Assembly (NCBI GenBank): GCA_038231275.1
Contig: JBBRLQ010000006.1
Span: forward strand, 256,001 to 320,000
DNA from: Polyangiales bacterium
Lineage (GTDB): Bacteria; Myxococcota_A; Polyangia; Polyangiales; Polyangiaceae
Reading direction: 5' to 3'
DNA length: 64,000 bases
This document shows, piece by piece, positions 44,953-55,110 of this stretch; positions within the stretch are counted from its first letter, which is position 1; the number at the start of each line of letters is the position of its first letter. A model generated the notes under the pieces. It was not told the DNA's origin. It worked only from the letters and a program-made list of their open reading frames with translations, and ran no database searches. The position numbers and the translations under genes were made by a program.

Positions 44953-46218
44953 CTACGGCCCCGGCAGCCAGACCAGCCCGACGAACGTGGCCGACGGCAC
45001 CGTCGCCGCTGCGCCGGTCCGGGACAGCGTGCCCGTCGTCGGGTCCACGGCGAACGTCGTGATCGTCCCGGAGCCTTGATTTGCCGCGTAAAGTAGCGAT
45101 CCCGCGAGGTCGAGCGCGAAGCTCCGCGGCGTCGTCCCGCCGGTCTTCGTGTGGCCTTTGAGGGTCAGCTTTCCGACCGCCGGATCCACGGCGAAGACCG
45201 CGATGCTGTCGTCGCCGCGGTTCGACGCGTAGACGAACGCGCCGGTCGGGTGGACCCACACCTCGGCGCCGGTGTTCGATCCCGAGAAGCCGACCGGGAG
45301 CGTCGACACGGTGGCGAGCGGCTTGAGGGTGCCCGTCGCGGCGTTGAGGCCGTACGCCGTGAGCGAGCTCGTCTTCTCGTTGATCACGTATGCGTGCTCG
45401 CCGTCCGGATGAAACGCGATGTGGCGTGGGCCGGCGCCTGCCGCGGTCGCGATCGTCGGCGTCGCGTTCGGCGTGAGCTTGCCGGTCTTGTCGTCGAACA
45501 AGAACTGCGCGACGTAGTCGGCGCCGAGGCACGGGACGTACACGTACGCGTTCGACGGATCGGTCGCGATCATGTGCGCGTTCGCGCCGACCGTGCGTGT
45601 GTCGGACGGCGGGCCGAGCTTGCCGTCGGCGAGGATCGGAAAGACCGCGACGGTGCCGTCTCCATAGTTCGCGACCATGACCCACTGGCCCGTCGCGTCG
45701 ACCGACACGAACGCAGGACCATTGCCCTGCGACGACACGCCACCGAGGTACGTTAGCGCGCCGCTGCCCGGATCGATCGCATACGCGCCGACGCGGCCTG
45801 CCGTGGACTCGCCGACCGCGTACAGGTGCGTGCCGCCCGGACGGATCGCGAGGAACGACGGGCTCGGATCGCCGGCCGCGAGCTTGCCCTTCGACGTCAG
45901 CGCGCCGCTCGTCGGATCGGCTTGAAATACCGAGAGATCGGCGCCGTACCCGCTCGCGAACAAAGTGAGTAAGCCTCGAGGCGGCGGCGCGGAGTCCCTT
46001 CCCGCGCGCGCGTCGGTCTTGCCGCTGTCGAGGCCCGCGTCGTCGAGAACGGATCCGTCGGGTGTGTCGCCGGTGTCGTTCGCGATCGAGGCGTCGAGCG
46101 GCGTCGCTCCACCGGAGTCGCCGCTCGAGCCGCACGCCTCCGTGACGATCGCGACGAACCCGGCCAACGCGACCGAGGCGAACGGCACGACGAATGGACG
46201 AAACCTCACGAACCTCAC
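44953..46218 (-). CDS. Lactonase family (6-phosphogluconolactonase-like) beta-propeller, probable lipoprotein
   Basis: PSFLA, VANYGDG, AH, GAGPRH..FHP, YVINE, YASNRG.DSI, TPR.F, ANQ.S. Confidence 0.9.
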   Translation of the reverse strand: MRFVRFRPFVVPFASVALAGFVAIVTEACGSSGDSGGATPLDASIANDTGDTPDGSVLDDAGLDSGKTDARAGRDSAPPPRGLLTLFASGYGADLSVFQADPTSGALTSKGKLAAGDPSPSFLAIRPGGTHLYAVGESTAGRVGAYAIDPGSGALTYLGGVSSQGNGPAFVSVDATGQWVMVANYGDGTVAVFPILADGKLGPPSDTRTVGANAHMIATDPSNAYVYVPCLGADYVAQFLFDDKTGKLTPNATPTIATAAGAGPRHIAFHPDGEHAYVINEKTSSLTAYGLNAATGTLKPLATVSTLPVGFSGSNTGAEVWVHPTGAFVYASNRGDDSIAVFAVDPAVGKLTLKGHTKTGGTTPRSFALDLAGSLLYAANQGSGTITTFAVDPTTGTLSRTGAAATVPSATFVGLVWLPGP

Positions 46219-46234
46219 CCAGGCAGCGTAGCCG

Positions 46235-46906
46235 TCACGTCCCGCTGGGCAAGCGAATCGGGCACGAGTGCGTGCCGGTCTTCTCGTCGTACTGCTGGTG
46301 GTACTCCTCGGCCTTCCAGAACGCGCCGATCGGCGCGATGCGCGTCACGATCGTCTTGGACCGGGTGGCCTGCTCGCGGACGATCGCGGCGCGCGCGACG
46401 TTGGCTTGCGCCTCCGAGAACGTGAAGACGCCGCTCCGGTACTGATCGCCGACGTCGGGGCCTTGGCGGTTCATCGTGGTCGGATCGTGGTTCTTGAAGA
46501 AGACCGAGAGGAGCGCGTCGTAGCTGACCTTGGTGGGATCGAACTCGACGAGGACCGCCTCGGCGTGGCCCGTGGTGTGCGTGCACACGTCCTCGTAGCT
46601 CGGGTTGGTGGTGTGGCCGGCGGTGTAGCCGACCGAGGTCGCGACGACGCCGGGGACTTGCCGGAAGAGATCTTCGGTCCCCCAAAAGCAGCCGCCCGCG
46701 AACGCCGCGAGCTCGTCGCCGGGGCGCGGCGTGAGGGGCGTGCCCTTGCCGACGCCGCCGGGATCGGTGCCGAGCTTCACCTTCGGTGCGGTCGCGGTCA
46801 TGGAGGCCATCTCCTGCTTTTCGGGCGCGCGATCTGGCTTTGCGTCGGCACCGACCGTACGGCAACCCGCGAGAAGCATGAGAATCGGAGCGATGTAGCG
46901 CGTCAT
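46235..46906 (-). CDS. msrA: Peptide methionine sulfoxide reductase A with lipoprotein signal
   Basis: FAGGCFWG, GYTAG, TGHAEAV, HDPT..NRQG.DVG.QYRS, AEEYHQQY; N-terminal LLAGC. Confidence 0.95.
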   Translation of the reverse strand: MTRYIAPILMLLAGCRTVGADAKPDRAPEKQEMASMTATAPKVKLGTDPGGVGKGTPLTPRPGDELAAFAGGCFWGTEDLFRQVPGVVATSVGYTAGHTTNPSYEDVCTHTTGHAEAVLVEFDPTKVSYDALLSVFFKNHDPTTMNRQGPDVGDQYRSGVFTFSEAQANVARAAIVREQATRSKTIVTRIAPIGAFWKAEEYHQQYDEKTGTHSCPIRLPSGT

Positions 46907-46968
46907 GCATGGGATACGCACGGTGCTGCCTCCTGGTTTCGGCCTCTTGATGCTAGCGTGCCCACACC

Positions 46969-47943
46969 ATGCGCGCCGTTCGTTGCCACGAGCTCATCGG
47001 GCCTTCCGGCCTGCGAATCGACGAGTTGCCCGATCCGGTCCCCTCCGCGGGAGAGGTGCTGATCGAGGTGAAAGCAGCGGGGATCAACTTTCCCGATTTG
47101 CTCCTCACGAACGGCAAATACCAGTTCAAGCCGCCGCCCCCCTTCATCCCGGGCGGCGAGGCGTCGGGGATCGTCCGCGGCGTCGGCGCGGGCGTCACGT
47201 CGCTCGCGGTGGGCGATCGCGTCGCGACCACGCTCATCCACGGCGCCTTCGCCGAGAAGCTCGTCACGCCGGAGCTCGCGACCGTGAAGCTGCCCGACGC
47301 CGTCCCGTTCGATGTCGGCGCCGCGACCCTCCTCACGTACGCGACGACCATCCACGCGCTCGTCGATCGCGCGAACCTCCAGAAGGGCGAGACGCTGCTG
47401 GTCCTCGGCGCGGCGGGCGGCGTCGGCGTGGCGGCGATCGAGCTCGGCAAGCTCCTCGGCGCGCGCGTGATCGCCGCCGCATCGTCGGACGCCAAACTTG
47501 CATTCTGCAAGGAACACGGCGCCGACGAGGTCATCAACTACACGACCGAAGATCTGAAGGAGCGCGTGAAGGCGCTCACCTCCGGCAACGGCGCGAACGT
47601 CATCTACGATCCGGTCGGCGGCCCGTACGCCGAGCCGGCCCTCCGCGCGATCGCGTGGGAGGGCCGCTACCTCGTCGTCGGCTTCGCGGCGGGCGACATC
47701 CCCAAGATCCCGCTCAACCTCACGCTCCTCAAGGGCTGCCAGATCGTCGGCGTCTTCTGGGGCCAGTTCGTGATGCGCCACCCCGACAGGAATCGCGCGA
47801 ACGCGGCGCGCATCTTCGGGTGGGTCACCGAAGGAAAGCTCACGCCGCACGTCGCCCAGACGTTCCCCTTCGCGCAAGCGAAGGAGGCGCTCGAGAAGGT
47901 CGCGCGGCGCGAGGTGATGGGGAAGCTCGTCCTCGTCCCCTGA
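46969..47943 (+). CDS. NADPH:quinone oxidoreductase (MDR family)
   Basis: AAGINFPD, GKYQ.KP..PF.PG.E, GAAGGVG, YDPVGG, VVGFAAG. Confidence 0.93.
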   Translation: MRAVRCHELIGPSGLRIDELPDPVPSAGEVLIEVKAAGINFPDLLLTNGKYQFKPPPPFIPGGEASGIVRGVGAGVTSLAVGDRVATTLIHGAFAEKLVTPELATVKLPDAVPFDVGAATLLTYATTIHALVDRANLQKGETLLVLGAAGGVGVAAIELGKLLGARVIAAASSDAKLAFCKEHGADEVINYTTEDLKERVKALTSGNGANVIYDPVGGPYAEPALRAIAWEGRYLVVGFAAGDIPKIPLNLTLLKGCQIVGVFWGQFVMRHPDRNRANAARIFGWVTEGKLTPHVAQTFPFAQAKEALEKVARREVMGKLVLVP

Positions 47944-47967
47944 ACGAGCCGCCGAAAATGCCTCGCG

Positions 47968-48840
47968 CTACACCTTCGGCGGGCGCTTTCGGATGAGACC
48001 TTCCTGCGCGGTCGACGCGACGAGGCGCCCATCCCGAGTGAAGACGCGCCCGCGCACGAGGCCGCGCGCGCCGCTCGCCGCGGGGCTGTCCATCGCGTAG
48101 AGCAGCCACTCGTCCACGCGCACCGGCTGGTGGAACCACATCACGTGATCGAGGCTCGCGACCTGCATCCCGCGCGAGACCCACGAAACGCCGTGCGGCA
48201 GGAGCGACGTCGTCACGAAGGCGTGATCGGACATGTACGCGAGGAGGTAGCGATGCAGCGCAGGATCGTCGGGAAGCTTGCCGACGGTGCGGATCCAGAG
48301 CATGCGCTGCGGCGCGCGCGGTTTGGGGGCGAAGGGATCTTCGTCCCACTCGACGGGGCGCACCTCGAACGGGCGCTCGGCGGTCGCGCGTAGCCGGAAC
48401 GCTTCGGGGATCTGCTGGAGGCTCACGCGGATGCGCTCCTGCTCGGTGGGGAGCTGGTCGGGCGGCGGCGCGGCCGGCATTTCGTCTTGGTGCGTGAACC
48501 CGTCCTCGTGAATCTGGAACGACGCGGCGAGGTTGAAGATCGGCGCGCCGTTCTGGATGGCGACGACCCGACGCGTCGTGAACGAGCCGCCGTCGCGGAT
48601 GCGGTCGACGTCGTAGACGATGGGCTTCTTCACGTCGCCGGGGCGGAGAAAATACGCGTGGAGCGAGTGGACCTGGCGCTCGGGAGGCACCGTCTGCACC
48701 GCCGCCGAAAGCGCTTGCCCGAGCACTTGCCCGCCGAAGACCGTGCCCCAGCCGAGGTCTTGGCTCTGGCCGCGGAAGAGGTTCTCTTCGATGCGCTCGA
48801 GGGCCAAGAGGGTCACCAGCTCGTCGAGGACGTTCGTCAT
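47968..48840 (-). CDS. tesB: Acyl-CoA thioesterase II
   Basis: VFGGQVLGQAL, HSLHAYFLRPGD, RDGGSF.TRRV.A.Q, ASLDH..WFH, QEG. Confidence 0.95.
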   Translation of the reverse strand: MTNVLDELVTLLALERIEENLFRGQSQDLGWGTVFGGQVLGQALSAAVQTVPPERQVHSLHAYFLRPGDVKKPIVYDVDRIRDGGSFTTRRVVAIQNGAPIFNLAASFQIHEDGFTHQDEMPAAPPPDQLPTEQERIRVSLQQIPEAFRLRATAERPFEVRPVEWDEDPFAPKPRAPQRMLWIRTVGKLPDDPALHRYLLAYMSDHAFVTTSLLPHGVSWVSRGMQVASLDHVMWFHQPVRVDEWLLYAMDSPAASGARGLVRGRVFTRDGRLVASTAQEGLIRKRPPKV

Positions 48841-48864
48841 GCGCTTCTGTGGTAGAGGCGAACG

Positions 48865-49827
48865 ATGCTCTTCGGCAAGTCCAGCCTCCCTGGTGCATTG
48901 ATCCCCGTCGTCCTCTTCGCGCTCGCCGCCACGGCCGCGCTCGGGTGCGAATCTCCGAAGAAAGACGCGACGCCCGCGACGCCGGACACGGTGAGCAGCG
49001 CCGCGACGTCCGCGCCGGGAGCCGGATCCGCCACACCGATCGCGGCCGCCGCGCCCTCCGCCGATCCCAAGGATTTGCCGGCCCCCGCCGACGTCGCCGC
49101 CGCGCCCGCGGACGCCGCGAAGACCGCGTCGGGCCTCGCCTCGAAGGTGCTCACGCCGGGCACCGGGAAGGATCACCCCGGCCCGCACGACAAAGTGAAG
49201 GTGCACTACACGGGCTGGACCAAGGGCGGCAAAATGTTCGACAGCTCCGTCACGCGCGGCGAGCCGATCAGCTTCCCGCTCGACGGCGTCATCCCCGGCT
49301 GGACCGAAGGGCTCCAGCTCATGGTCGCGGGCGAGAAGCGCCGCCTCTGGATCCCGTCGTCGCTCGCGTACGGCGAAAAGCCGCGCAACGGCGCGCCGGG
49401 CGGCGATCTCGTGTTCGACGTCGAGCTGATCGAGATCAAGCTGGCGCCGAAGCCGCCGGCGGTCCCCGACGACGTGAAGGCCGCCCCCGCGACGGCGAAG
49501 AAGACGGCCAGCGGCCTCCAGTACCGCGTGCTCAAGGCCGGCACCGGACAGGAGCACCCGACGGCGAGCAGCAACGTCACGGTGCACTACTCGGGCTGGA
49601 CTCCGGACGGAAAAATGTTCGACAGCTCCGTCACGCGCGACGAGCCGACGAGCTTCCGTCTCAGCAACGTCATCAAGGGTTGGACCGAGGGCGTGCAGCT
49701 CATGGTCGTCGGCGAAAAGACACGCTTCTGGATCCCGGGTGCGCTCGCCTATGGCGACAAGCCCACGCGTCCGGGCGCGCCCGCAGGTCCGCTCGTCTTC
49801 GACGTCGAGCTGATCTCGTTCAAGTGA
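48865..49827 (+). CDS. Double-domain FKBP peptidyl-prolyl isomerase lipoprotein
   Basis: ALGC; two VHY.GWT..GKMFDSS...VI.GWTEG.QLM..GEK...WIP..LAYG...LVFDVEL units. Confidence 0.95.
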   Translation: MLFGKSSLPGALIPVVLFALAATAALGCESPKKDATPATPDTVSSAATSAPGAGSATPIAAAAPSADPKDLPAPADVAAAPADAAKTASGLASKVLTPGTGKDHPGPHDKVKVHYTGWTKGGKMFDSSVTRGEPISFPLDGVIPGWTEGLQLMVAGEKRRLWIPSSLAYGEKPRNGAPGGDLVFDVELIEIKLAPKPPAVPDDVKAAPATAKKTASGLQYRVLKAGTGQEHPTASSNVTVHYSGWTPDGKMFDSSVTRDEPTSFRLSNVIKGWTEGVQLMVVGEKTRFWIPGALAYGDKPTRPGAPAGPLVFDVELISFK

Positions 49828-49885
49828 TCGAGAGACGCCATGCGAATGCGTCCGCACACCTCTTTCGCGATGATCTCGTGAAGCG

Positions 49886-50803
49886 TCAGAAAAACCGGGA
49901 AATCCCCGCACCGAACAAGAGCTCGACGGACACGAAGGCGGTGGCCGCCGCGAGCGCCGCCAGGAGAATGCCGACGAGGTGATTCTTCGCCTCGCCCTCG
50001 AACGAGCGATCCCACGCATTCCGCAGCAGGCGAAACGCGACGCCGAGTGGGATGACCGCGAAGAGCCAGGGCACGAAGATCGCGCCGTCGGGCGGGACGT
50101 CGGGCGCGCCGTCCGGGCCGACCGAGAACGTGATGATCATCAGCGTCACGCCGATGATGACCGACGCGAGCGCCGACACGCCATAGCCGAGCGACCGCGG
50201 GCGCGCGTACATCGCCATGATCGCGAACGTGATGCTGAGCGCGAGGAATGCCATCGACGCCGCGCCGCTCCAGGTCGCCGATCCGCCGCCGAGCGCCTTC
50301 TGCGCGATCGGCGCGACGTTCCAACCGCGCGCGCGGTGCACGAACCGGAAGAGGGCGTACCCCGCGCCACCGGCGAACGCCGCGACGAGCACCGTGCTCA
50401 GGATTCCACCCGCCCAGTTCCTGCGCTCCGGCACCTTCACGTGCGAGCGCGTGCTCAGCGTTCCGTCGGAGACGACGTTGTCGCCGAGCTCGATCCTCCC
50501 GCCCGCGAACCCGCTGTGCCGCGGTCGACCCGACTCCGCCGTGAGCTGGATCGCCGCGCCATTGCGATCGATCTCCATCTCGTCGCCGTCGTACTCGACG
50601 CCGCCTCCGTACGGCGACGACGACTGGGGTGCGGCCGGCGGCGGCGGTGGCGCGACGGGTGCGGGTGCAGCGCTCGCCTTTTGCGCGCCGGCGTGCGCGG
50701 TCCCGCTCACGGGAGGCCCGCTCGACTTCGGGAACGCGAAGTCGAGCTCCGGCACCTCCAGGTCGCCAGGGCGGTCCGAGGGTTTGTGAGCGTGGTCGCT
50801 CAT
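49886..50803 (-). CDS. Hypothetical membrane protein (disordered N-terminus, about 5 TMs)
   Basis: ORF with coding-like bias and C-terminal hydrophobic helices. Confidence 0.7.
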   Translation of the reverse strand: MSDHAHKPSDRPGDLEVPELDFAFPKSSGPPVSGTAHAGAQKASAAPAPVAPPPPPAAPQSSSPYGGGVEYDGDEMEIDRNGAAIQLTAESGRPRHSGFAGGRIELGDNVVSDGTLSTRSHVKVPERRNWAGGILSTVLVAAFAGGAGYALFRFVHRARGWNVAPIAQKALGGGSATWSGAASMAFLALSITFAIMAMYARPRSLGYGVSALASVIIGVTLMIITFSVGPDGAPDVPPDGAIFVPWLFAVIPLGVAFRLLRNAWDRSFEGEAKNHLVGILLAALAAATAFVSVELLFGAGISRFF

Positions 50804-50843
50804 CCAACCTTCAGGATATGCCCGAGGCGAGGCGCGCGGCCAG

Positions 50844-52667
50844 TCAGAAGGCGCCCTCGGGCACCTGCATCAGCGACAGGTCCGAGCCCTCGATGAGCTT
50901 GCGCGTCAGCGTCAACGACGGGAGCACGTTCACGCAGAACCACCGCGACGAGGCCATTTTTCCCGTATAAAAGGCCCGATCCGCCTCGCCGGCGTCCTGC
51001 ATGCGCTCGCTTGCGATGGCCGACGACCTCACGAGGAGCCACCCCATGACGAGCTCGGCGAGCGACGCGAGCACGCGGTTCGCCTGTAGCCCAACGTGGT
51101 ACAGGCTCTCCTGCGTCTTCCCCATCATCGCGCCGAAGATGCCCTCCACGTCGGCGAGCGCGCGGGAGAGCAGCGTGCGTTCGGTCACCAGCGCCGCGCC
51201 GCCGACCTCCGACGCGAGCGTCGTCTTGATTTGCCCGAGGAGGCCCTGCAGCGTCTGCCCGCCGTCCTTCGCGATCTTCCGAAAGAAGAGATCCTGCGCC
51301 TGGATGTGCGTCGTCCCCTCGTACACGCTGTCGATCTTCTGATCGCGGATGTACTGCTCGATCGGATAGTCCTGGCAAAATCCGGAGCCGCCGAAGCACT
51401 GGAGCGAGAGGCCGAGCAGCTCGTACGCTTTGTCGGAGCAGTAGCCCTTCACGAGCGGGAGGAGCAGATCGTTGAGGCGATCGACGCCCTTCGCCTCCGG
51501 CGCATCGTGCCCGCCGAGGATGTCGACCTGATCTTGGACGACCGCCGCGAGGAGGCAGAGCGCGCGCATCCCCTCGGCGTATGCCTTCTGGGTGATGAGC
51601 ATCCTGCGGACGTCGGGGTGCTCGATGATGCGGACGCGCGGCGACGACTTGTCGGCGGCGCGGAGGAGATCCGGACCTTGGACGCGCTCTTTGGCGTACG
51701 CGAGCGCGTTAAGGTACGCGGTCGACAAGGTCGCCATCGACTTCACCCCGACGCCCATGCGGGCCTGCTCGATGACGTGGAACATCTGGCGAATGCCGTC
51801 GTGGACCTCGCCGACGAGGAGGCCGCGCGCGGGCTTGCGATCGCCGAACGTCATCTCGCACGTCGCCGACGCCTTGATGCCCATCTTCTTCTCGACGTTC
51901 GTGCAGAAGACGCCGTTGCGCTCGCCTAGCGTGCCGTCGTCGTTCACCCAGAATTTGGGGACGATGAACATGCTGAGGCCCTTGGTGCCCGCCGCCGCGC
52001 CTTCGGGGCGCGCGAGGACGAGGTGGACGATGTTCTCGGCCGCGTCGAAGTCGCCGTTCGTGATGAAGCGCTTGACCCCTTCGAGCTCCCAGACCTCGCC
52101 GCCGACGTTGCGCGCCTTCGTCTTGCCGGCGCCGACGTCGCTGCCGGCGTCGGGCTCGGTGAGGACCATCGAGCCGCCCCAGCGCCGCTCGATGATGTTC
52201 TTCACGTAGCGCTTCTTCTGCGTCTCGGTGCCGAGGCCGTCAAGGATGCGCGCAAGGACCATGCCGAAGAAATAGAAGCCGAGCGACGCGTGCGCGCCGG
52301 CGACGAGCTCGAACGCCGCCCACCGAATGCTGGGCGGTGCGCCGAAGCCGCCGAGGTGCTCGGGCAGATCGAGGCGGTGCCACTCGCCGTCGTAGTACGA
52401 CTTGAGGTTCTTCTTGAGCGCCTCCGGTAGCCTCACGTTCCCTTCGCCGTCGAGCGTGAGCGGCACGCGATCGGACTCGGCCCAGCCGGCGGCGATCTCG
52501 CTCGTGCACAGCGTCTCGAGGCCCTGGAGCGCGTCGGAGGCCGTCGCCTCGTCCATCGCGGCGAACGGCGCCTTGCCGAGGGAGCTCTTGCCGATGTCGA
52601 ACAGCTCAAAGAGGCAGAAGCGTATGTCGCGGAGGTTCGACTTGTAGTGGAGTTTCGTGCCGCTCAT
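50844..52667 (-). CDS. Acyl-CoA dehydrogenase (long, FadE5-like)
   Basis: MVLTEPDAGSDVG, GVKRFIT, KGLSMF.VPK, EKKMG, QCFGGSG, YEGT..IQ. Confidence 0.95.
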   Translation of the reverse strand: MSGTKLHYKSNLRDIRFCLFELFDIGKSSLGKAPFAAMDEATASDALQGLETLCTSEIAAGWAESDRVPLTLDGEGNVRLPEALKKNLKSYYDGEWHRLDLPEHLGGFGAPPSIRWAAFELVAGAHASLGFYFFGMVLARILDGLGTETQKKRYVKNIIERRWGGSMVLTEPDAGSDVGAGKTKARNVGGEVWELEGVKRFITNGDFDAAENIVHLVLARPEGAAAGTKGLSMFIVPKFWVNDDGTLGERNGVFCTNVEKKMGIKASATCEMTFGDRKPARGLLVGEVHDGIRQMFHVIEQARMGVGVKSMATLSTAYLNALAYAKERVQGPDLLRAADKSSPRVRIIEHPDVRRMLITQKAYAEGMRALCLLAAVVQDQVDILGGHDAPEAKGVDRLNDLLLPLVKGYCSDKAYELLGLSLQCFGGSGFCQDYPIEQYIRDQKIDSVYEGTTHIQAQDLFFRKIAKDGGQTLQGLLGQIKTTLASEVGGAALVTERTLLSRALADVEGIFGAMMGKTQESLYHVGLQANRVLASLAELVMGWLLVRSSAIASERMQDAGEADRAFYTGKMASSRWFCVNVLPSLTLTRKLIEGSDLSLMQVPEGAF

Positions 52668-52679
52668 CTGGGCGGCAGA

Positions 52680-54977
52680 CTACCTCTTCTTGGGGGGCGG
52701 CCACCACCGCCGTTGATTCGCGCCACCGCCGCCGGCGCCGCCACCCACGATCTTCTTCGGCGCGAGCGACTCCGGTCCGTCGTCGGCGAGGACGCCGTGC
52801 GGCGCCTTGGTGCGCGCCTCGAGCGTGGCGGTGCCCGACACTTGCTGATTCGCGGCGCGCACGATCACGAAGACGAGGAGCCCGAACGCGGCGACTACCG
52901 CGACGCCCAGCACGATGCCGAGCTTCTTGTAGCTGGGCGGAGGTACGTCCTCCATCATCGACGGGCGCGACGACGGCGCGAGCGGCAGCGGCGCGCTCGG
53001 TGGGGCGGCGGGCGGCGGCGGCGGGATCGACCCGCCAGGAACCGCGAACGTCTGCGCGAATGGCAACGCCCCTTCGCTCGGCAGATCCATCGTCTCGCCG
53101 AAGACCTCCTCGCGGCTCATCGCCGCCACCGGGACGACGGCGCTCGACCTGGGGAGCGGTGCGGTCAGGGGCGCGCGCACAGAGGGCGGGCCCGGCAGCG
53201 CGGTGGGCGGCGGAAAGGACGGCGTGCTCGGCGGCCGACCCGCCGCCGCCATCGAGCGCGGCACCGGAGGGCGATCGCGCGTGACGCTCTCGTCGTTCTT
53301 TCGTGGGAGCACCGGCGCCATCACCGCGACCGTCGTCACGCTCTGATCGTCTTCTTCTTCCGGCGGGGGAACGGCGGGGACCGCCTCGAACTTACGACCC
53401 TGTGTGATCGTGTCGCCGCCCTCTTCTTCGGACCGGCGCGGATCGAGATCGGGGAGCAGCGGCCCTTGGCGCGTGATGCTGTCGTCCGGAAAATCGGCCT
53501 CGCTGCCGACGGACGGGCGAACCTCGGTGACGAGATCCTCCGCGTCCTCGATCGCAGGGGGCAGGCGCGGCATCGAGCTCGCGGCCTTCGGCGCAGGCGG
53601 CTTCGGCTCGGGCAGCGGGAGCTTGGTCGACGGTCGCGGCGGCGGCGCACCGGCGGCCGGCGTGATCGCGCGCGCGGCCGACGACGACGGCGGCGACGGC
53701 GCGGAAGGCGCGATGCCCAGCGCGGCGAGCGACGGCCCGACCGCGGTGACGCAATCGTCGGGCATGTCGGGCGCGGACGGCGAGCGCGGAAACGGCGAGG
53801 CCGCAGTCACGCTGTGATCGGCGTACTCGGGGAGAGGCGCAGGAACGGGCGGCGCCTTGGTGACGCTGTCGTCGACCGCGTCTGCCTCGCTCGCCTCCGG
53901 CGCCTCGCTGACCGTCGTGGTGACCGTGTCCTCGCGCCGCTCGACGCCCGACGCGCGAAGCTGCGGCGCGACCGCGGTCACGCTGTGCTCGTCTTCGTCG
54001 GCGGGGTGCGGACGCGACGACGGCTCCGCGAACTCGCCGCGTCGCTTCAGGATCTTCTCGCCCGCGAGCTGCCGCACCAGCATCGCCACCGCGGTCGGCG
54101 GCGCGACCTTGGCGTGCGGCGTGATCGCGGCGAGCATCTCCTCGATCGTCGAGAAGCGCGCGCGCGGTTCGCTCGAGAGCGCGCGCACCGCGACGTCCAC
54201 CAGGGGCTCGGCCCACGCGGCGTCGGTCGGCGACGCCGGCCGCGGGATCGGTCCACGCGCGAGCGCCGCGAGGATTTGCGACCGGTCGAGGCCTTTCCAC
54301 GGCCGCTCGCCGGTCAGCGCCTCGAACAGGAGCGCGCCCGCGCTGTACACGTCGGCGCGCTTGTCGACGCCGCGATCGCCGTGCAGCACCTCGGGCGCGT
54401 AGAAGCCGACGTTGCCGAGCGACTCCTGGGGAATCGCGAGCGGCGCCGCATGGAAGACGCCCACGACCCGCGACGCGCCATCGAGCCCGACGACGATCTC
54501 GGAGGGCGCGAGGAGGCCGTGGTAGAGCCCGATCGCCCGCCGCCGCGCGTCCTTCGTGGCGTGGAGCGTCGCGAGCCCGCCCAGCACCTCGACGAGCACG
54601 CGCAGGTACACCTGCAGCGAAATGACCGCCTCTTGCTTGTTCGCCAATGAGCGCAGCTCGCCGAGCGCTTCACCTTCGACGAACTCCGAGGCGACCACGA
54701 TCTCGTCGCCGACCGGATCGGCGCCGTGCACCCGCATGAGGTTCGGGTGCGCGGCCTCCGACACCGCGCGCGCGTCGCGCAAGATGCCGGTGAGCTGCGA
54801 GACCGCGTCGTGCGGGCGACGAAAGTGCTGGAGCACCGCGAGCTCCATGTGGGCACCGACGACGCGATGCGCCGCGTACACGGGCGCCGTCCGCGAGCCG
54901 AGCTCACGCAACACGCGATAGTTGAGTACCGCTTGGCCTCCTTGGAGCCGCTGCGGCGCTGCGTGCGAAACGGTCAC
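52680..54977 (-). CDS. Ser/Thr kinase-like pseudokinase with long acidic/Pro-rich tail and C-terminal TM
   Basis: Kinase scaffold retained (HPNL, EFVEG, YAPE, ADVYS.G), but HRD is replaced by HGL, DFG by GVF, and the VAIK Lys and Gly loop are absent. Confidence 0.8.
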   Translation of the reverse strand: MTVSHAAPQRLQGGQAVLNYRVLRELGSRTAPVYAAHRVVGAHMELAVLQHFRRPHDAVSQLTGILRDARAVSEAAHPNLMRVHGADPVGDEIVVASEFVEGEALGELRSLANKQEAVISLQVYLRVLVEVLGGLATLHATKDARRRAIGLYHGLLAPSEIVVGLDGASRVVGVFHAAPLAIPQESLGNVGFYAPEVLHGDRGVDKRADVYSAGALLFEALTGERPWKGLDRSQILAALARGPIPRPASPTDAAWAEPLVDVAVRALSSEPRARFSTIEEMLAAITPHAKVAPPTAVAMLVRQLAGEKILKRRGEFAEPSSRPHPADEDEHSVTAVAPQLRASGVERREDTVTTTVSEAPEASEADAVDDSVTKAPPVPAPLPEYADHSVTAASPFPRSPSAPDMPDDCVTAVGPSLAALGIAPSAPSPPSSSAARAITPAAGAPPPRPSTKLPLPEPKPPAPKAASSMPRLPPAIEDAEDLVTEVRPSVGSEADFPDDSITRQGPLLPDLDPRRSEEEGGDTITQGRKFEAVPAVPPPEEEDDQSVTTVAVMAPVLPRKNDESVTRDRPPVPRSMAAAGRPPSTPSFPPPTALPGPPSVRAPLTAPLPRSSAVVPVAAMSREEVFGETMDLPSEGALPFAQTFAVPGGSIPPPPPAAPPSAPLPLAPSSRPSMMEDVPPPSYKKLGIVLGVAVVAAFGLLVFVIVRAANQQVSGTATLEARTKAPHGVLADDGPESLAPKKIVGGGAGGGGANQRRWWPPPKKR

Positions 54978-55110
54978 TACACGAGAGTGTACCTTTTCAG
55001 GCGCGCTTCTCCTCCTGAGAAGCGGCGAGGCTACGCACGACTACAAGAACCTACTCGAGTCTCGCGACCCTGGAATTTGGCTCGATTTCAATGGCAGCGG
55101 ACGACGGCAC

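Noticed and set aside
49231..49812. Direct DNA repeats such as AAAATGTTCGACAGCTCCGTCACGCGCG
   Set aside because: Explained by the internal duplication of the FKBP domain.
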